In this document: positions 33,601 through 44,726 of the stretch, in pieces
How the letters are laid out: the number at the start of each line of letters is the position of its first letter
Numbering within the stretch: the first letter of the stretch is position 1
Source of the DNA: Gracilinanus agilis
Lineage: Eukaryota
Assembly (NCBI RefSeq): GCF_016433145.1
Contig: NC_058133.1
Location: forward strand, 169,851,553-169,915,552
Direction of reading: 5' to 3'
Length of the DNA: 64,000 bases
The notes under the pieces: generated by a model
The model's input: only the letters and a program-made list of their open reading frames with translations
Databases searched by the model: none
Told to the model about the DNA's origin: nothing
Translations under genes and position numbers: made by a program

Positions 33601-34559
33601 AGGATCACACAACTAGTAAGTATCAGAAATCTTGGATAAACTCAAGTCTTTCTGCCTCCAGTTCTGATGCTCTAACTACTTACTATATCACTCAGCTACT
33701 TCTCTCTAAACAGTATTTAAGGATGATTTCATCCTTTGGGTTGTTGTATATTGCAAACTTCCATCTATTGCTTGCAAAGGATTACACATTACAGAAATTT
33801 CCCAGGCCTGGGGTGAATGCTTCTAGTCCTTTGTGCCACACTGGCCAATATCCTTGGGATGGCCATTTAGGAAGGCTATTCTGAATCCTGTTTAGGCTTT
33901 CCGTAGGATCACAGATTTTAGAGGCAGAAGGGACCTTTAGAAGTGATCATGTAACTTCTCAGTTAGGACACTAGGAAGTGCCTTATATGGGCAAGGATGT
34001 GTGTGTGTGTGTGTGAGAAGAGGTAGCCCCTAATTAGAGATGAATCAGCTTACTAGCTTTCCTCAATGAATCACTGGGACTGGAAGGGCGAGGTAGATGG
34101 GGGAGGAATAAAGGGGAGGAGAGGGATGGAACAAGTCGGGCAAAGAGATGTCTCATTTTCCCAAGCAAGACTTCTTTGGCTCCTTCTTACCACGAGAGGG
34201 CAGGCCACAGCTGGAGAAAAATCCTACTCAAGCTCGAGATCTTTGGCAGGGACCTGGGAACAGTGTGTTTCTATGTTAAGGCTAAGACTAGTTTTAGAGG
34301 CCCTGTAAAAGGGCTCCTTACTCATTGCCCTGGGGCAAATGTTGGGCCTTTCCACTTTCTGGTTTCTCTTAGTAGTTCTCACAGAACCACAGCATACCAG
34401 ATAATGCTAAAGGGGCATTTGGTTTCTCTGCATTTGTTGCAGGAATGGGGATTTCTTGGTTAGGAGATGGGTACCTCCCTGTCCTGCCTCCTGAGCCTCA
34501 GTTTCTCCTTTGTCAGCATCTGTCCCTCATTCACTTTCTGAATCTTTCTCTTTCTTTGC

Positions 34560-35286
34560 CAATTTCCCTTCACTGATAGCTCTTGTCCTCTTTCTCTCTA
34601 CTTGTTTCAGTGGGTCTAGGTTTGGGTCTCTGTCTCTTGTGTCTGTTTTTAAAATTTGAATCTGTACTTTCTTGTTTCTCTGCTCCTATTTTCCTTTTCA
34701 CTATTCCACACTGTTTCTTGTCCCCTCCCCTCAGGATGCCATCTCTTTCTCTACTGTGCCACCATCTCTTTCTTTACTGGACCATCACTATTTCTTTTTC
34801 TTTGTCTTTATCTCTTGTGCAATCACTAGCTGTCTCTTTGTGTCTGTCTCTTTTGTGCAATCATTTCTGTCTTTTTTCTATCTCTGTCTCTATGGTATCA
34901 TTCTTTCTATCTTTTTGTCTCTATTGTACCATCATCTGTTTTCTTTTTTTGTATCTCTCTTTGTCTCTTTCTCTGTTTCTGTCAAGTCATCACCTGTCTT
35001 TTTTTCTGTCTCTAACTTTATGACACCACTCTTTCTGCTCTATTGTACCATCGTCTGTTTCCTTTTCTGTCTCTCTTTGTCTCTCTCTCTCTGTTGAGTC
35101 ATCATCTGTCTTTTTGTCTGTCTCTAACTTTATGGCACCATTCTTTCTGTCTTTTTGTCTCTAGTGTTTCCTTTTTTTTTTTTTGTCTCTGCCTCTGTCT
35201 CTGTTGAGTCATCACCTGTCTTTTTTTCTGTCTCTAACTTTATGGTAACATTCTCTCTGTCTCTTTGTCTCTTTTGTATCATCATG

Positions 35287-35321
<35 letters not shown>

Positions 35322-35566
35322 ATAATCTGTCTTTTTTTTTGCCTCTAACTTTATGGCACCATATGGCACCATTATTTCTATCTCTTTTTCTCTTTCTTTC
35401 TCCATTGTACCATCACCTGCCTCCTTTTCTGTCTCTGTCTCTATAGCATCATCATCTCTGTCTGTCACTATCTGTCTCCATTGTACCTATATCTTTCTCT
35501 TTTTCTATCTCTGTCTCCATGGTATCATAATCTCTGCCTCTGCCTATTGTAACGCCATCTCTGTCC
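34560..35566. repeat. Pyrimidine-rich tract with a ~111-bp higher-order repeat
   Basis: TCTAACTTTATG at 35011, 35123, 35233, 35344; (CT)n at 35288-35317. Confidence 0.85.
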
Positions 35567-35752
35567 TTTTTTTTTTTCAAGCCTTTAACTTCTGTGTATT
35601 GGCTCCTAGGTGGAAGAGTGGTAAGGGTGGGCAATGGGGGTCAAGTGACTTGCCCAGGGTCACACAGCTGGGAAGTGTCTGAGGCTGGATTTGAACCTAG
35701 GACCTCCCATCTCTAGGCCTGACTCTCAATCCACTGAGCTACCCAGCTGTCC
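35567..35752 (-). mobile_element. Young short-tail SINE1_Mdo-like SINE
   Basis: Tail ttaacttctgtgtattggctcctaggtggaagag; flanked by ccatctct[g/t]tcc. Confidence 0.9.
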
Positions 35753-35808
35753 CCATCTCTTTCCTTTTTGTCTCTGTCTCTGCTTCTCTTTCTTTCTCTC
35801 TCTTTGTC

Positions 35809-36430
35809 TCATAGAATCTCATCTTAAGAATGGACCCAGAGATCACCTTGCTCAGTCTGTATTTGAGCAGAAACCTCCACATATTATTCCTGACAAGTGC
35901 TTGTCCAGCTTTTCTTTGAAGGCTTCCAGTCCTGAGCTCTGACTGTTAGGAAGCTTTTCTTGACAAGGAGATGAAATCTGCATCTCTACAACTTCTGTGA
36001 ATCTGTGAATCTTTTTTAGTTCTTTGCTGTGGGGCAAAGCAAAACAAGTCTAATACTTCTCCCGCAGCTTTTCAGATTCTTGAAGTTAGTTCTAATGTTC
36101 CTGCTAAAGCTTATCTTTTACAGACCAATCACCCCCAGTTCCTTCATTGGACCCTCATATACACTGCATGTTCTCTAAGCCTGTCATCATCCTGGCTATC
36201 CTCCTTCGGATGCTCCAGAACTTGTCAATCAAAGCCCCTTTTTAAATGTACTGCTCAGAATGGAAAAGCATCTCAGAGTATGGGGGACTGCCACTTCTTC
36301 CTACATGACCCTTCCTTTTGCTAGGGCCATCTAAGATTCCTTTACCTTTTTTTGACTGTTGTAGCATACTTTTAACTCAAACTATGACTTCATTCCTTTA
36401 AAATCTCCAGGTCTTTTTCATATGAGTTCT
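35809..36430 (-). mobile_element. CR1/L3 LINE 3' remnant
   Basis: Starts tcatagaatc (reverse complement of the CR1 terminal GATTCTATGA repeat), followed by typical antisense L3 sequence. Confidence 0.65.
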
Positions 36431-36832
36431 ATCTCGATTTCCATTTCTCTATTCTATCCTCTGCTCCATTTCCTTCCCTGCCAGTGGGGTTTGCTCTACT
36501 TAATCAGTTCCCAGAGGGAACTTGGCTGTTTCCTACAGTTATTCCCCTGTTGCCTATACTTGTTCTCTGTTATTCATCTCTACACATTTTAGTTTCTTTT
36601 CTGCATTATGACTAGGCAGCTATATGGGAATCTAAGCCCTAAAAAAGTCTTCTTCCCGCATTTCCACACCTTCTGCCTAAAAGCTGAAAATCCACCTTTA
36701 GAGAGTCATTCCTTTTATGTATTTCTTCCTAGTAAAAGTATTACTTAGAGAAACAATACCTTGAGCTGTCTTAATCATACCTGAGAGTGAATAAGTGTAT
36801 TAGAGCTTTTTATTTTCCTCCAAGTGTAGGTT

Positions 36833-37335
36833 TGGGAATGACTGAACAAAGTGTTTTATGATCATAATGGAATACTATTGTGTGATAAGAAAGGATAAAC
36901 AGTATGCACTCAGAAAAACTTGGAAAAACTTACACGAATTGATGCAAAGTGAAGTGAGCTGAACCAGGAGAATATTGTACACAGTAAAAGCAATACTGTA
37001 TGATGATCAGCTATTCTCAACAATACAAGGATCCAAGATAATTCTAAAAGACTTTTGATGAAAAATCTTATTCCCACTTTAGAGAAAGAACTCATGGAAG
37101 TGCAGATGGCAGCATACTATTTTCCACTTTATTTTCTTCCTTTTTTAAAAAATATGTCTTCTTCTACATGACCATTATGGAAATATGTTTTGCATGATAG
37201 TAAATGCCTATAATAAATTGCTTACAGGGTTAGGAAGGGGAGAGGGGAGGGAGAAAGGGAGAGAATTCAGAGAAAATTAATGTTAAAAATTGTTTTCATA
37301 TGTAATTGGAAAAAAAATAAAACATTGAAAGATAA
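36833..37335 (+). mobile_element. L1 3' end fragment
   Basis: aatggaatactattgtg, gatgcaaagtgaagtgagc, and 3' UTR aaattaatgttaaaaattgttttcatatgtaattgg. Confidence 0.82.
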
Positions 37336-37391
37336 AAAAGGGACAGCAAAGTAACTTACCTTGTAGATAGATAATCTTGTTGTAGATAGAT

Positions 37392-37590
37392 AGGGAGCTA
37401 AAGATAAGGTAGATAGCCAAACCTGGAGATAAGAGATTCTGGGTTCAAATCTGGTTTTAGATACTTCCCAGCTGATAACTCTGAGCAAGCCACTTACCTC
37501 CACTGACCTGGCCCTTAACTGCTCTTCTGTCTTGGAACCAATAATCAATACAGATGCTGAAAGAAGGTAAGGGCTCAAAAAAAAAAAAAA
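37392..37590 (+). mobile_element. SINE1_Mdo-like SINE (older)
   Basis: Sense copy with A-rich tail. Confidence 0.75.
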
Positions 37591-37636
37591 AAAGAAGAAG
37601 AAGAAAGAAGAAAGATTAAAAAAAAAAGTAGGTTTT

Positions 37637-37825
37637 AGGGCAGCTGGGTAGCTCAGTGGAGTGAGAGCCAGGCCTAGAGACAGGAGGTCCTAGGTTCAAA
37701 CCCGGCCTCAGCCACTTCCCAGCTGTGTGACCCTGGGCAGGTCACTTGACCCCCATTGCCCACCCTTACCAATCTTCCACCTATGAGACAATACACCGAA
37801 GTACAAGGGTTTAAAAAAAAAAAAA
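37637..37825 (+). mobile_element. Very young SINE1_Mdo-like SINE
   Basis: CpG-retaining copy with tail tatgagacaatacaccgaagtacaagggtttaaaa. Confidence 0.93.
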
Positions 37826-38289
37826 GTGAGTTTTGAGAGAAAGAGAGCCTGAAAACAGCACAAAGAATAGTGGAAATTAAAATTCAACATTTTCTAAATG
37901 CCTGGCCTATACTCTGCTAGGTTTTAGGAACACAAAGGCCAAAATGCTTACGAAGCTTTCATTTTGGGGTGGAGGTGGGAAAGGGTGTGGTATAACATAT
38001 CTACAAATAAATACAGCCTGTCCCCAAAGCCTCAGTGGAGTTTTTAAAGCTTGTTTTCCTATTGCAAGGAAAATTGAGAAGGGAGTGAGTACTGCAACTG
38101 GGGAATCAGGAAAGAGAAAGGCACCTGAGCTAAGGATCTGAGATGGAAGACCAGGATTCTGTGCGACAGAGAAGGGGAGGGAGTACTTATACATTCTAGC
38201 CAGGGAGAATGACTCATACAAATATAATGAGCAAATCTGTCTCTGAGAAAGTACTGTTGGGAGTCAAATGCAGATCAGAGGATAACATT

Positions 38290-38530
38290 TTTCACATTAG
38301 TTTATTTGGGGGGGTTTGTTTTTATTTGAGTATTCTCTTACAATGATCACCAATATGGAAGTATGTTTTGCATGGTAATACATGTATAGATCAAATTGTT
38401 TACCATCTCCAAGGGAGAGGAGGGAGGGAGACAATTTGGATCTTATTTCGGAAAATGTATGTTGAAAATTGTTATTTCATGTAATTAGGAAAATATCTTT
38501 GAAAATTAAAAAACAAAACCAAAAAACCCC
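38290..38530 (+). mobile_element. L1 3' UTR tip
   Basis: atggaagtatgttttgcatggtaatacatgta...aattgttatttcatgtaatt. Confidence 0.7.
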
Positions 38531-40199
38531 AAATGTAATGAGCAGAGACACTGAGGACAGGAAGAAGGAAATAGTCTAATTTGGCCAGAAAGTACTGGAA
38601 TAGTATGAAAGAAATCTGGAAAGGTAAGGAGAGGTGATTAAGGGGAGTCAGATGCCAACCTAAAGGAGTTTATGGTTTATCCTAGAGGTAAAGGGGACCA
38701 CTGAAGGCTTTGGGGGGCAATTCAGTGAGTGACACTGAATTGAACTTTAGTAAGATTATGCTGGCCACCACGTGGAGGATTAATTTGGAGAGGAGATAGA
38801 TTATTGTAGTAGTTTAAGAGAAGTGATGGAGGGCTTAAACTAAGGTGGAGGCTGTGTGAATGGAGAGAAGAGGACAGATGTTATGTAGTGAAAATTGATA
38901 TCTAATAATTAGCCTTCCTTTTATTTTTTTAACTTAAAAAAAGCTTTTTAGCTTTAACTTTTAACTTTGTTTACTTTATTTTTTAACTTTACCATAGAGA
39001 CAGAGATAGAAAGAGAAATTTTATATTTTAGCTCTAGTAATTACATGTAAAAATGATTTTTAGCATTCATTTTCTAACATTTTGAGTTCCAAATTTTGTC
39101 CCTTCCTCCTCTTTCCCCTCCCTGAGACAGTGATCAGTTCTATAGAGGAATAATTAGTTTTTCTAGATCACTTTAAGGTTTGCAGAGTACTTCACAAATA
39201 TTATCTTATTCTTGTAAGAACTCTAATGTGCTCTTATTAATCCCATTTTACAGATCTGGAGATGGAGGCCGAAAGAGGTTAAATGACTCACCTCACATAA
39301 CTAGTAGGTGTCTGAGGCTGTATTTGAACTGGGGTCTTCCTGACTCCAGGTCCATTACCCTATCCACTGAACCACCTATTCACCCCCTAGGTCCTAGAGC
39401 TAGGATGGTTCCAAAGTTCTGAAACTGGGTGACGGATCCTCTTGACAAAAACAGAGAAGTTTATGGGAGTGGCAGATGTAGTAGAGAAGATAATTGACTG
39501 GAAATTTTGAGCTACCTAGGAGGGGGAGAATCTGGATGAATATGGAATCAGATGATTCCTGTTTTTAATTGGCAACTGACAGGATCTTGATTGAATAGTT
39601 TCTCCTTTTCTGACCTTCCTCCGATTTCCCATTTATTTGACAAGATTCTCTTTAACCTTTTATTTTTATTTTTTAATTTTAATTTTGAATATTTTCCCAT
39701 AGTTACATGTTTCATGTTCTTTCCCTCTCCCCCCAACCCCTGCCCCTTAGCTGACACACCATTCCACTGCTACCCTTAAATTTTGTAAGTCCATAGAGGA
39801 AAGGGCCATCAAAGAAATAAGAAAAAAGAGTGAAGAAAGAGGATTTAGGGAATACCAAAGATTTTCCGTAGGGCCATCCCTGCTGCCATTTGGGTCTCCA
39901 CTCTGACCATACTGAGCCACACATTTTAGTCCAGCTATTACAGCCTGGCTTTAATAAGCTTTGGATCTCTGAGAGGTTGTCAGTCTGGGCAAGGGGGAAT
40001 ACTCTTTGGTTGGGTCTTCCCATTCTGAGATCTCTCCCAGAAATCTCTCAGCCTAGAGGCACAAGTCTCCCCCCTGCCCGACTTGGGGTCCGTCCCTTTG
40101 TAAGTTTCTCTAAGGGTGCCTCATTTGGGGATTCCAGTCCTTTCTGCTTTCTACCCCCGTGGCTGCCTGCTGATCTGGTAACTCTGCTGCCCCTGGCCT

Positions 40200-40670
40200 C
40201 GGGGTGGAGGGCGGTGCCCACTGAGTCATAACTAGGGCATTTGGTCCTGGAAACCACTGGGTGAGTCACCCAGGATGGGGGGGTGAGGGGTGGGGAGGAA
40301 GGGGGTGGGAGAAATTTGACTTCGGGAAAAAGGAGGGTGGCGTGGAGGGAAGGGGGAGGAGAGTTGGGCAAGGGACAGAAAGGGTGGGACCCGACCTAAG
40401 GGGGATGGTGGTAGGCAGAAAGAGGGCACCGGCATAACGAGGGCACCGAGGCTGCAGAGAATAGCTGGAAAAGGAGAGAAGAAGGAAGAAAGTCCGCTCT
40501 TTCCCCCAGTAATCCGACCCTAATTCCTGAGGCTGGATTCTGCTCTACTTTTTAGGCAGAGACAATAGAAAAACCTTGCACTGAGGGGTTTAGAATAAAA
40601 AGCATGAAAACCTGAGACTCGAGCCTTCAGACCCCTTTGCCCACTGGCCATGGGCTGAGTCATGGGAAGG
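40200..40670. promoter_or_regulatory. Candidate S100A2 upstream enhancer (AP-1 cluster)
   Basis: TGAGTCA at 40222, 40262 and 40656; KLF/Sp motif at 40201-40214; repeat-free and CpG-retaining. Confidence 0.5.
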
Positions 40671-41340
40671 TTGGTTAGGCTCACTCTGTCCTAGCCCCAG
40701 CCTTGTTAAAAAGGAGGTCGTGTGGTCTAATGAGGGCAATAAACCTTTGGGAGTAATGGGGAGAGAGATGGGGGTCAGGGATTGGAGAGAGGTGGGGAGA
40801 GCAAACTGGTCTGAAGGAAAATTCGAGATAACCATACTCTGCCCTTTTGGGTTAGGGGTGAGAAAAACTCCCGAGGACATCCCATTTTAGACTCTGATGC
40901 TGCTTCCCAACTTATGGGATCCTAGAATTCTGGATCAGGAAGGAACCTTAGAAATATTTGTCCATGTGTGTCTACCTTTGTCATTATGCCTATTTATTGT
41001 TCAGGAGGACTGTATTTGTGTATATTTATGGGAACTAAACCACCCTGAAATCGGGATTATCTCACTAGGGAGAAAGCAGAGCACAGGGTGGGGATGATGG
41101 CAGTTGATTAAGGTTTTGGCAAGGAGACTCCCTCAGAGTGGAATTGAACTTATGCTTGTGGTAGTAGCCTGTGGATTAATGTATTTTGTACTTTTGTTTC
41201 TTGTTGGGCTGTGAAGGGGTCTGAGATATGGGAGAGGGAGTGGGAGAGCAGCTGGGTCTCAAGCAGCTCACTCCAATTCAGTTCCTAGGCTGCATGACTT
41301 ATAAGTTTAGTGTCTAGAGGCACTGATAATTCCACTGCCT

Positions 41341-41386
41341 TTTTCCTTCCTTCCTTCCTTCCTTCCTTCCTTCCTTCCTTCCTTCC
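41341..41386. repeat. (CCTT)n at a SINE tail
   Basis: Seen directly; abuts an antisense SINE at 41387-41560. Confidence 0.9.
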
Positions 41387-41845
41387 CCTTTACCTTCTAT
41401 CTTAGTATCATTTCTAAGGCAGAAGAGTACAAGGACTAAGCAATTGGAGTTAAGTGACTTGCCCAGGGTCACACAGTAGGAAATAGTCTGGGGTCACATT
41501 TGGATCTGGGTCCTCCCAACTAGGCCTGGCACTCTATCCACTATGCTACTTAGCTGCCCCAATTCCATTGTTTTTTGCTCTGTCTGGTATACAGTTTGGC
41601 TGGAAGATGTGGAAAGGAATAGTGTGAAGTAAAACTTCTGAAAAAAAGATATGGTGATGCCAGTTCATAGAAGGCTTTGAATGCCAAAGTAGTGAGTTTT
41701 GACTTTACCTGAGAGCCAGTAGGGAATCAGTCTCTTAGGACTGAAGTTCTGGGACATATTAAGGATTGGGGACAATATATGTCTCACATAGATTATATAT
41801 GAAATAAACCCTAGGGTCCCCTTGAGGAGTTACAGTGCCTTGAAC

Positions 41846-41973
41846 ATATAGTAAGAATTTAATAAGTACTTTTTGGGGGCAGCTAGGTGGCTTAATGGAT
41901 AGAGAACTAGGCCTGGAGAGGGGAGGTCCTGGGTTCAAATTTGTCCTCAAATACTGCCTTGTTGTCTGATTCT
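41846..41973 (+). repeat. Left copy of a long direct duplication flanking the L1 (29 nt unique sequence plus SINE 5' half)
   Basis: Matches 44059-44178 with 3 substitutions and one 8-bp indel. Confidence 0.95.
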
Positions 41974-41984
41974 CCACCCCTCCC

Positions 41985-44048
41985 TTTTTTAATCAATCAC
42001 TTGTTTATTTTTTTAGAAAATTTTTTTTCATGGTTACATGATTCGGGTTCTTGCTCCCCCCTACCCCCCACAACCAATGCAAATTTCCACTGGTTTCTTC
42101 ATGTATCATCGATCAAGACCTATTTCCATATTATTGATAATTGTTCTAGGGTGGTCATTAAGAGTGCATCCCAAATTGTGTCCACATCAACCCATGTGTT
42201 CAAGCAGTTGTTTTTTTTCCCGTGTTTCTACTCCTGCAGTTCGTCCTCTGAATGTGGGTAGAGTTCTTTTTCATACATCCCTCAGAATTGTCTTGGGTCA
42301 TTGCATTGCTGCTAGTACAGAAGTCCATTACATTCGATTTTACCACAGTGTATCAGTCTCTGTTCTTCTGGCTCTGCTCCTTTCACTGCATCAATTCCTG
42401 GAGGTCTTTCCAGTTCACATGGAATTCCTCCAGTTTATTATTCCTTTGAGCACAATAGTATTCCATCACCAGCATATACCACAATTTGTTCAGCCATTCC
42501 CCAATTGAAGGACATACCCTCATTTTCCAGTTTTTTGCCACCACAAAGAGTGAGGCTATAAATATTTTTGTACAAGTCTTTTTCCCTATAATCTCTTTGG
42601 AGTACAAACCCAGCAATGGTATGGCTGGATCAAAGGACAGGTAATCTTTTAGCTCTCTGAGCATAGTTCCAAATTGCCATCCAGAATGGTTGGATCAGTT
42701 CATGATGCAGCAATGCATTAATGTCCCTATTTTGCCACAATCCCCCCAACATTTATTACTTTCTTTTGTAGTCATGTTAGTCAATCTGCTAGGTGTGAAA
42801 TGGTACCTCAGAGTTGTTTTGATTTGCATTTCTCTAATTATAAGAGATTTAGAACACTTTTTCACATGCTTATTGATAGTTTTTATTTCTTTATCTAAAA
42901 GTTGTCTACTCATATCCCTTGCCCATTTATTGATTGGAGAATGGCTTGATTTTTTGTACAATTGATTTAGCTCCTTGAATATTTGAGTAATTAGACCTTT
43001 GTCAGAGTTTTTTAATCATAAAGATTTTTTCCCAGTTTGCTGTTTCCCTTCTGATTTTAGTTGCATTGTTTTTGTCTGTACAAAACCTTTTTAAATTTAA
43101 TGTAATCGAAATTATTTATTTTACATTTTGTAATTTTTTCTAACTCTTGCTTGGTTTTAAAATCTTTCCTTTCCCAGAGATCTAACAAAAATACTATTAT
43201 GTGTTTGCCTAATTCTCTTATAGTTTTCTTCTTTATATTCAAGTCATTCACTCACTCTGAATTTATCTTGGTGTAGGGTGTGAGATGTTGATCTAAACAT
43301 AATCTCTCCCATATTGTTTTCCAATTTTCCCAGCAGTTTTTGTCAAATAGTGGATTTTTGTCCCAAAAGTTGGGCTCTTTGGGTTTATCATAGATTGTCT
43401 TGCTTACCCCAAGCCTATTCCACTGATCCTCCCTTCTGTCTCTTAGACAGTACCATATTGTTTTGATGGCCACTGCTTTATAGTATAGTTTAATATCTGG
43501 TTCTGCTAGGCTACATTCCTTCATGTTTTTTTTCATTATTTCCCTTGATATTCTTGATCTTTTGTTCTTCCAAATGAAATTTGTTATAGTTTTTTCTAAT
43601 TCTGTAAAAAAGTTTCTTGGTAGTTTGATAGGTATGGCGCTAAATAGATAAATTAATTTGGGTAGAATGGTCATTTTTATTATGTTTGATTGTCCTACCC
43701 ATGAGCAATCAATGTTTTTCCAATTGTTTAGATCTAGTTTTAATTGTTTGGAAAGTGTTTTGTAATTGTGTTCGTATAATTGCTGTGTTTGTTTTGGTAG
43801 ATAGATTCCCATGTATTTTATATTGTCTAGGGTGATTTTAAATGGTGTTTCTCTTTCTACTTCTTGCTGCTGTGATGTGTTGGAAATATATAGAAATGCT
43901 GATGATTTATGTGCATTTATTTTGTATCCTGCAACTTTGCTAAATTTGTTCATTATTTCTACTAGTTTTTAAGTTGATTCTCTAAGATTTTTTAAGTAGA
44001 ACACAATATCATCTGCAAAGAGTGATAGCTTAGTCTCTTCATTGCCTA
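41985..44048 (-). mobile_element. 5'-truncated marsupial L1 (~2.06 kb; end of ORF2 plus 3' UTR)
   Basis: ORF2 peptides in the track (FSKVAGYKINAHKS, WKNIDCSWVG, ILPKLIYLFSAIPIKLP, CSKSLIIREMQIKTTLRYH, KIFIASLFVVAKNWK); T-rich 3' end at left. Confidence 0.97.
43252..43953 (-). pseudogene. Open 233-codon remnant of L1 ORF2 (post-RT region)
   Basis: Clear L1 ORF2 similarity; neighbouring segments fall in other frames, so the element is dead. Confidence 0.9.
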
Positions 44049-44058
44049 TAGTAATTAT

Positions 44059-44178
44059 ATATAGTAAGAATTTAATAAGTACTTTTTGGGGGCAGCTTAG
44101 TGGATAGAGAACTAGGCCTGGAGAGGGGAGGTCCTGGGTTCAAATTTGTCCTCGAATACTGCCTTGTTGTCTGACTCT
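44059..44178 (+). repeat. Right copy of the long duplication; the SINE continues to ~44300
   Basis: See 41846-41973; the SINE 3' half follows only this copy. Confidence 0.95.
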
Positions 44179-44653
44179 TGATAAGCCACTTAATTCCAAT
44201 TGCCTAGCCCTTACTGTTTTTTTTTTTTTTTTTTTCCTTGGAACCATACTTAGTAATATCTATTCTTAGTCAGACAGTAAAGAGATTTTTTTTTTTTTTT
44301 AGTGTTTATCCACTGATTTATTCACCACTTTTTCCCAGCAAGTGAGGACCATTCTTAGGTAGAAAGCCAGAATACCTGGATAGGATGCTTGTTTTCTGGG
44401 GAAAAAAAATTTCAGATGGGGCAGGGGAGGCTCCCTTTTGGGCCTCTAGGAGTGTTCACTTGCTTCTTGGGGATCTCCTTGTCCTTAGCCAGCCTTTATC
44501 TCCAACTTTCCCTGGCAGCTTCTCCAAGAACTCTAAATAAAGAAGGGAGGAGAGGAATGGGTGGATGGGTGGCTGGGTGCCAGGCTGCTGGAAGGATCAG
44601 GTTAGGACAGGTTGGCTTCCCCTGAAATGCCAAGTGGGGACCAGCAGGGCTCC

Positions 44654-44661
44654 TATATAAA
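44654..44661 (+). promoter_or_regulatory. S100A2: TATA box of S100A2
   Basis: TATATAAA 73 nt upstream of donor CTG|GTAAGT. Confidence 0.85.
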
Positions 44662-44684
44662 TTGTCAAGATCTCAACCCTGTTC

Positions 44685-44726
44685 TCTTCTCACTCCTATC
44701 TGAAATCCTTCCTGCTGCCTAACCTG
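44685..44726 (+). other. S100A2: S100A2 non-coding exon 1 (start approximate)
   Basis: Ends at aacctg|GTAAGT (GT at 44727). Confidence 0.75.

Noticed and set aside
34583-35097. Hydrophobic, membrane-protein-looking ORFs (146 and 141 aa)
   Set aside because: Leu/Ser/Phe/Cys richness follows directly from (CT/TC)n low complexity.
35130-35468. Charged, repetitive minus-strand ORF suggesting an S100 fused-type (trichohyalin/cornulin-like) repeat domain
   Set aside because: It is the translation of the CT-rich 111-bp repeat; unit lengths of 112/110/111 break the frame (TAA at 35130-35132), and I found no minus-strand S100 exons upstream.
41985-44048. Active or domesticated L1
   Set aside because: 5'-truncated before the RT core, with frameshifts and small deletions; the 233-codon open stretch fits a fairly recent dead copy.
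15700-44600. Extra S100 paralogue or pseudogene between S100A16 and S100A2 (also 49.2-59.2 kb)
   Set aside because: No S100-type exon (LE.A...I...F..Y or LD.N.D..VDF.E) was seen by eye or in the ORF track. A decayed copy cannot be excluded without tblastn.
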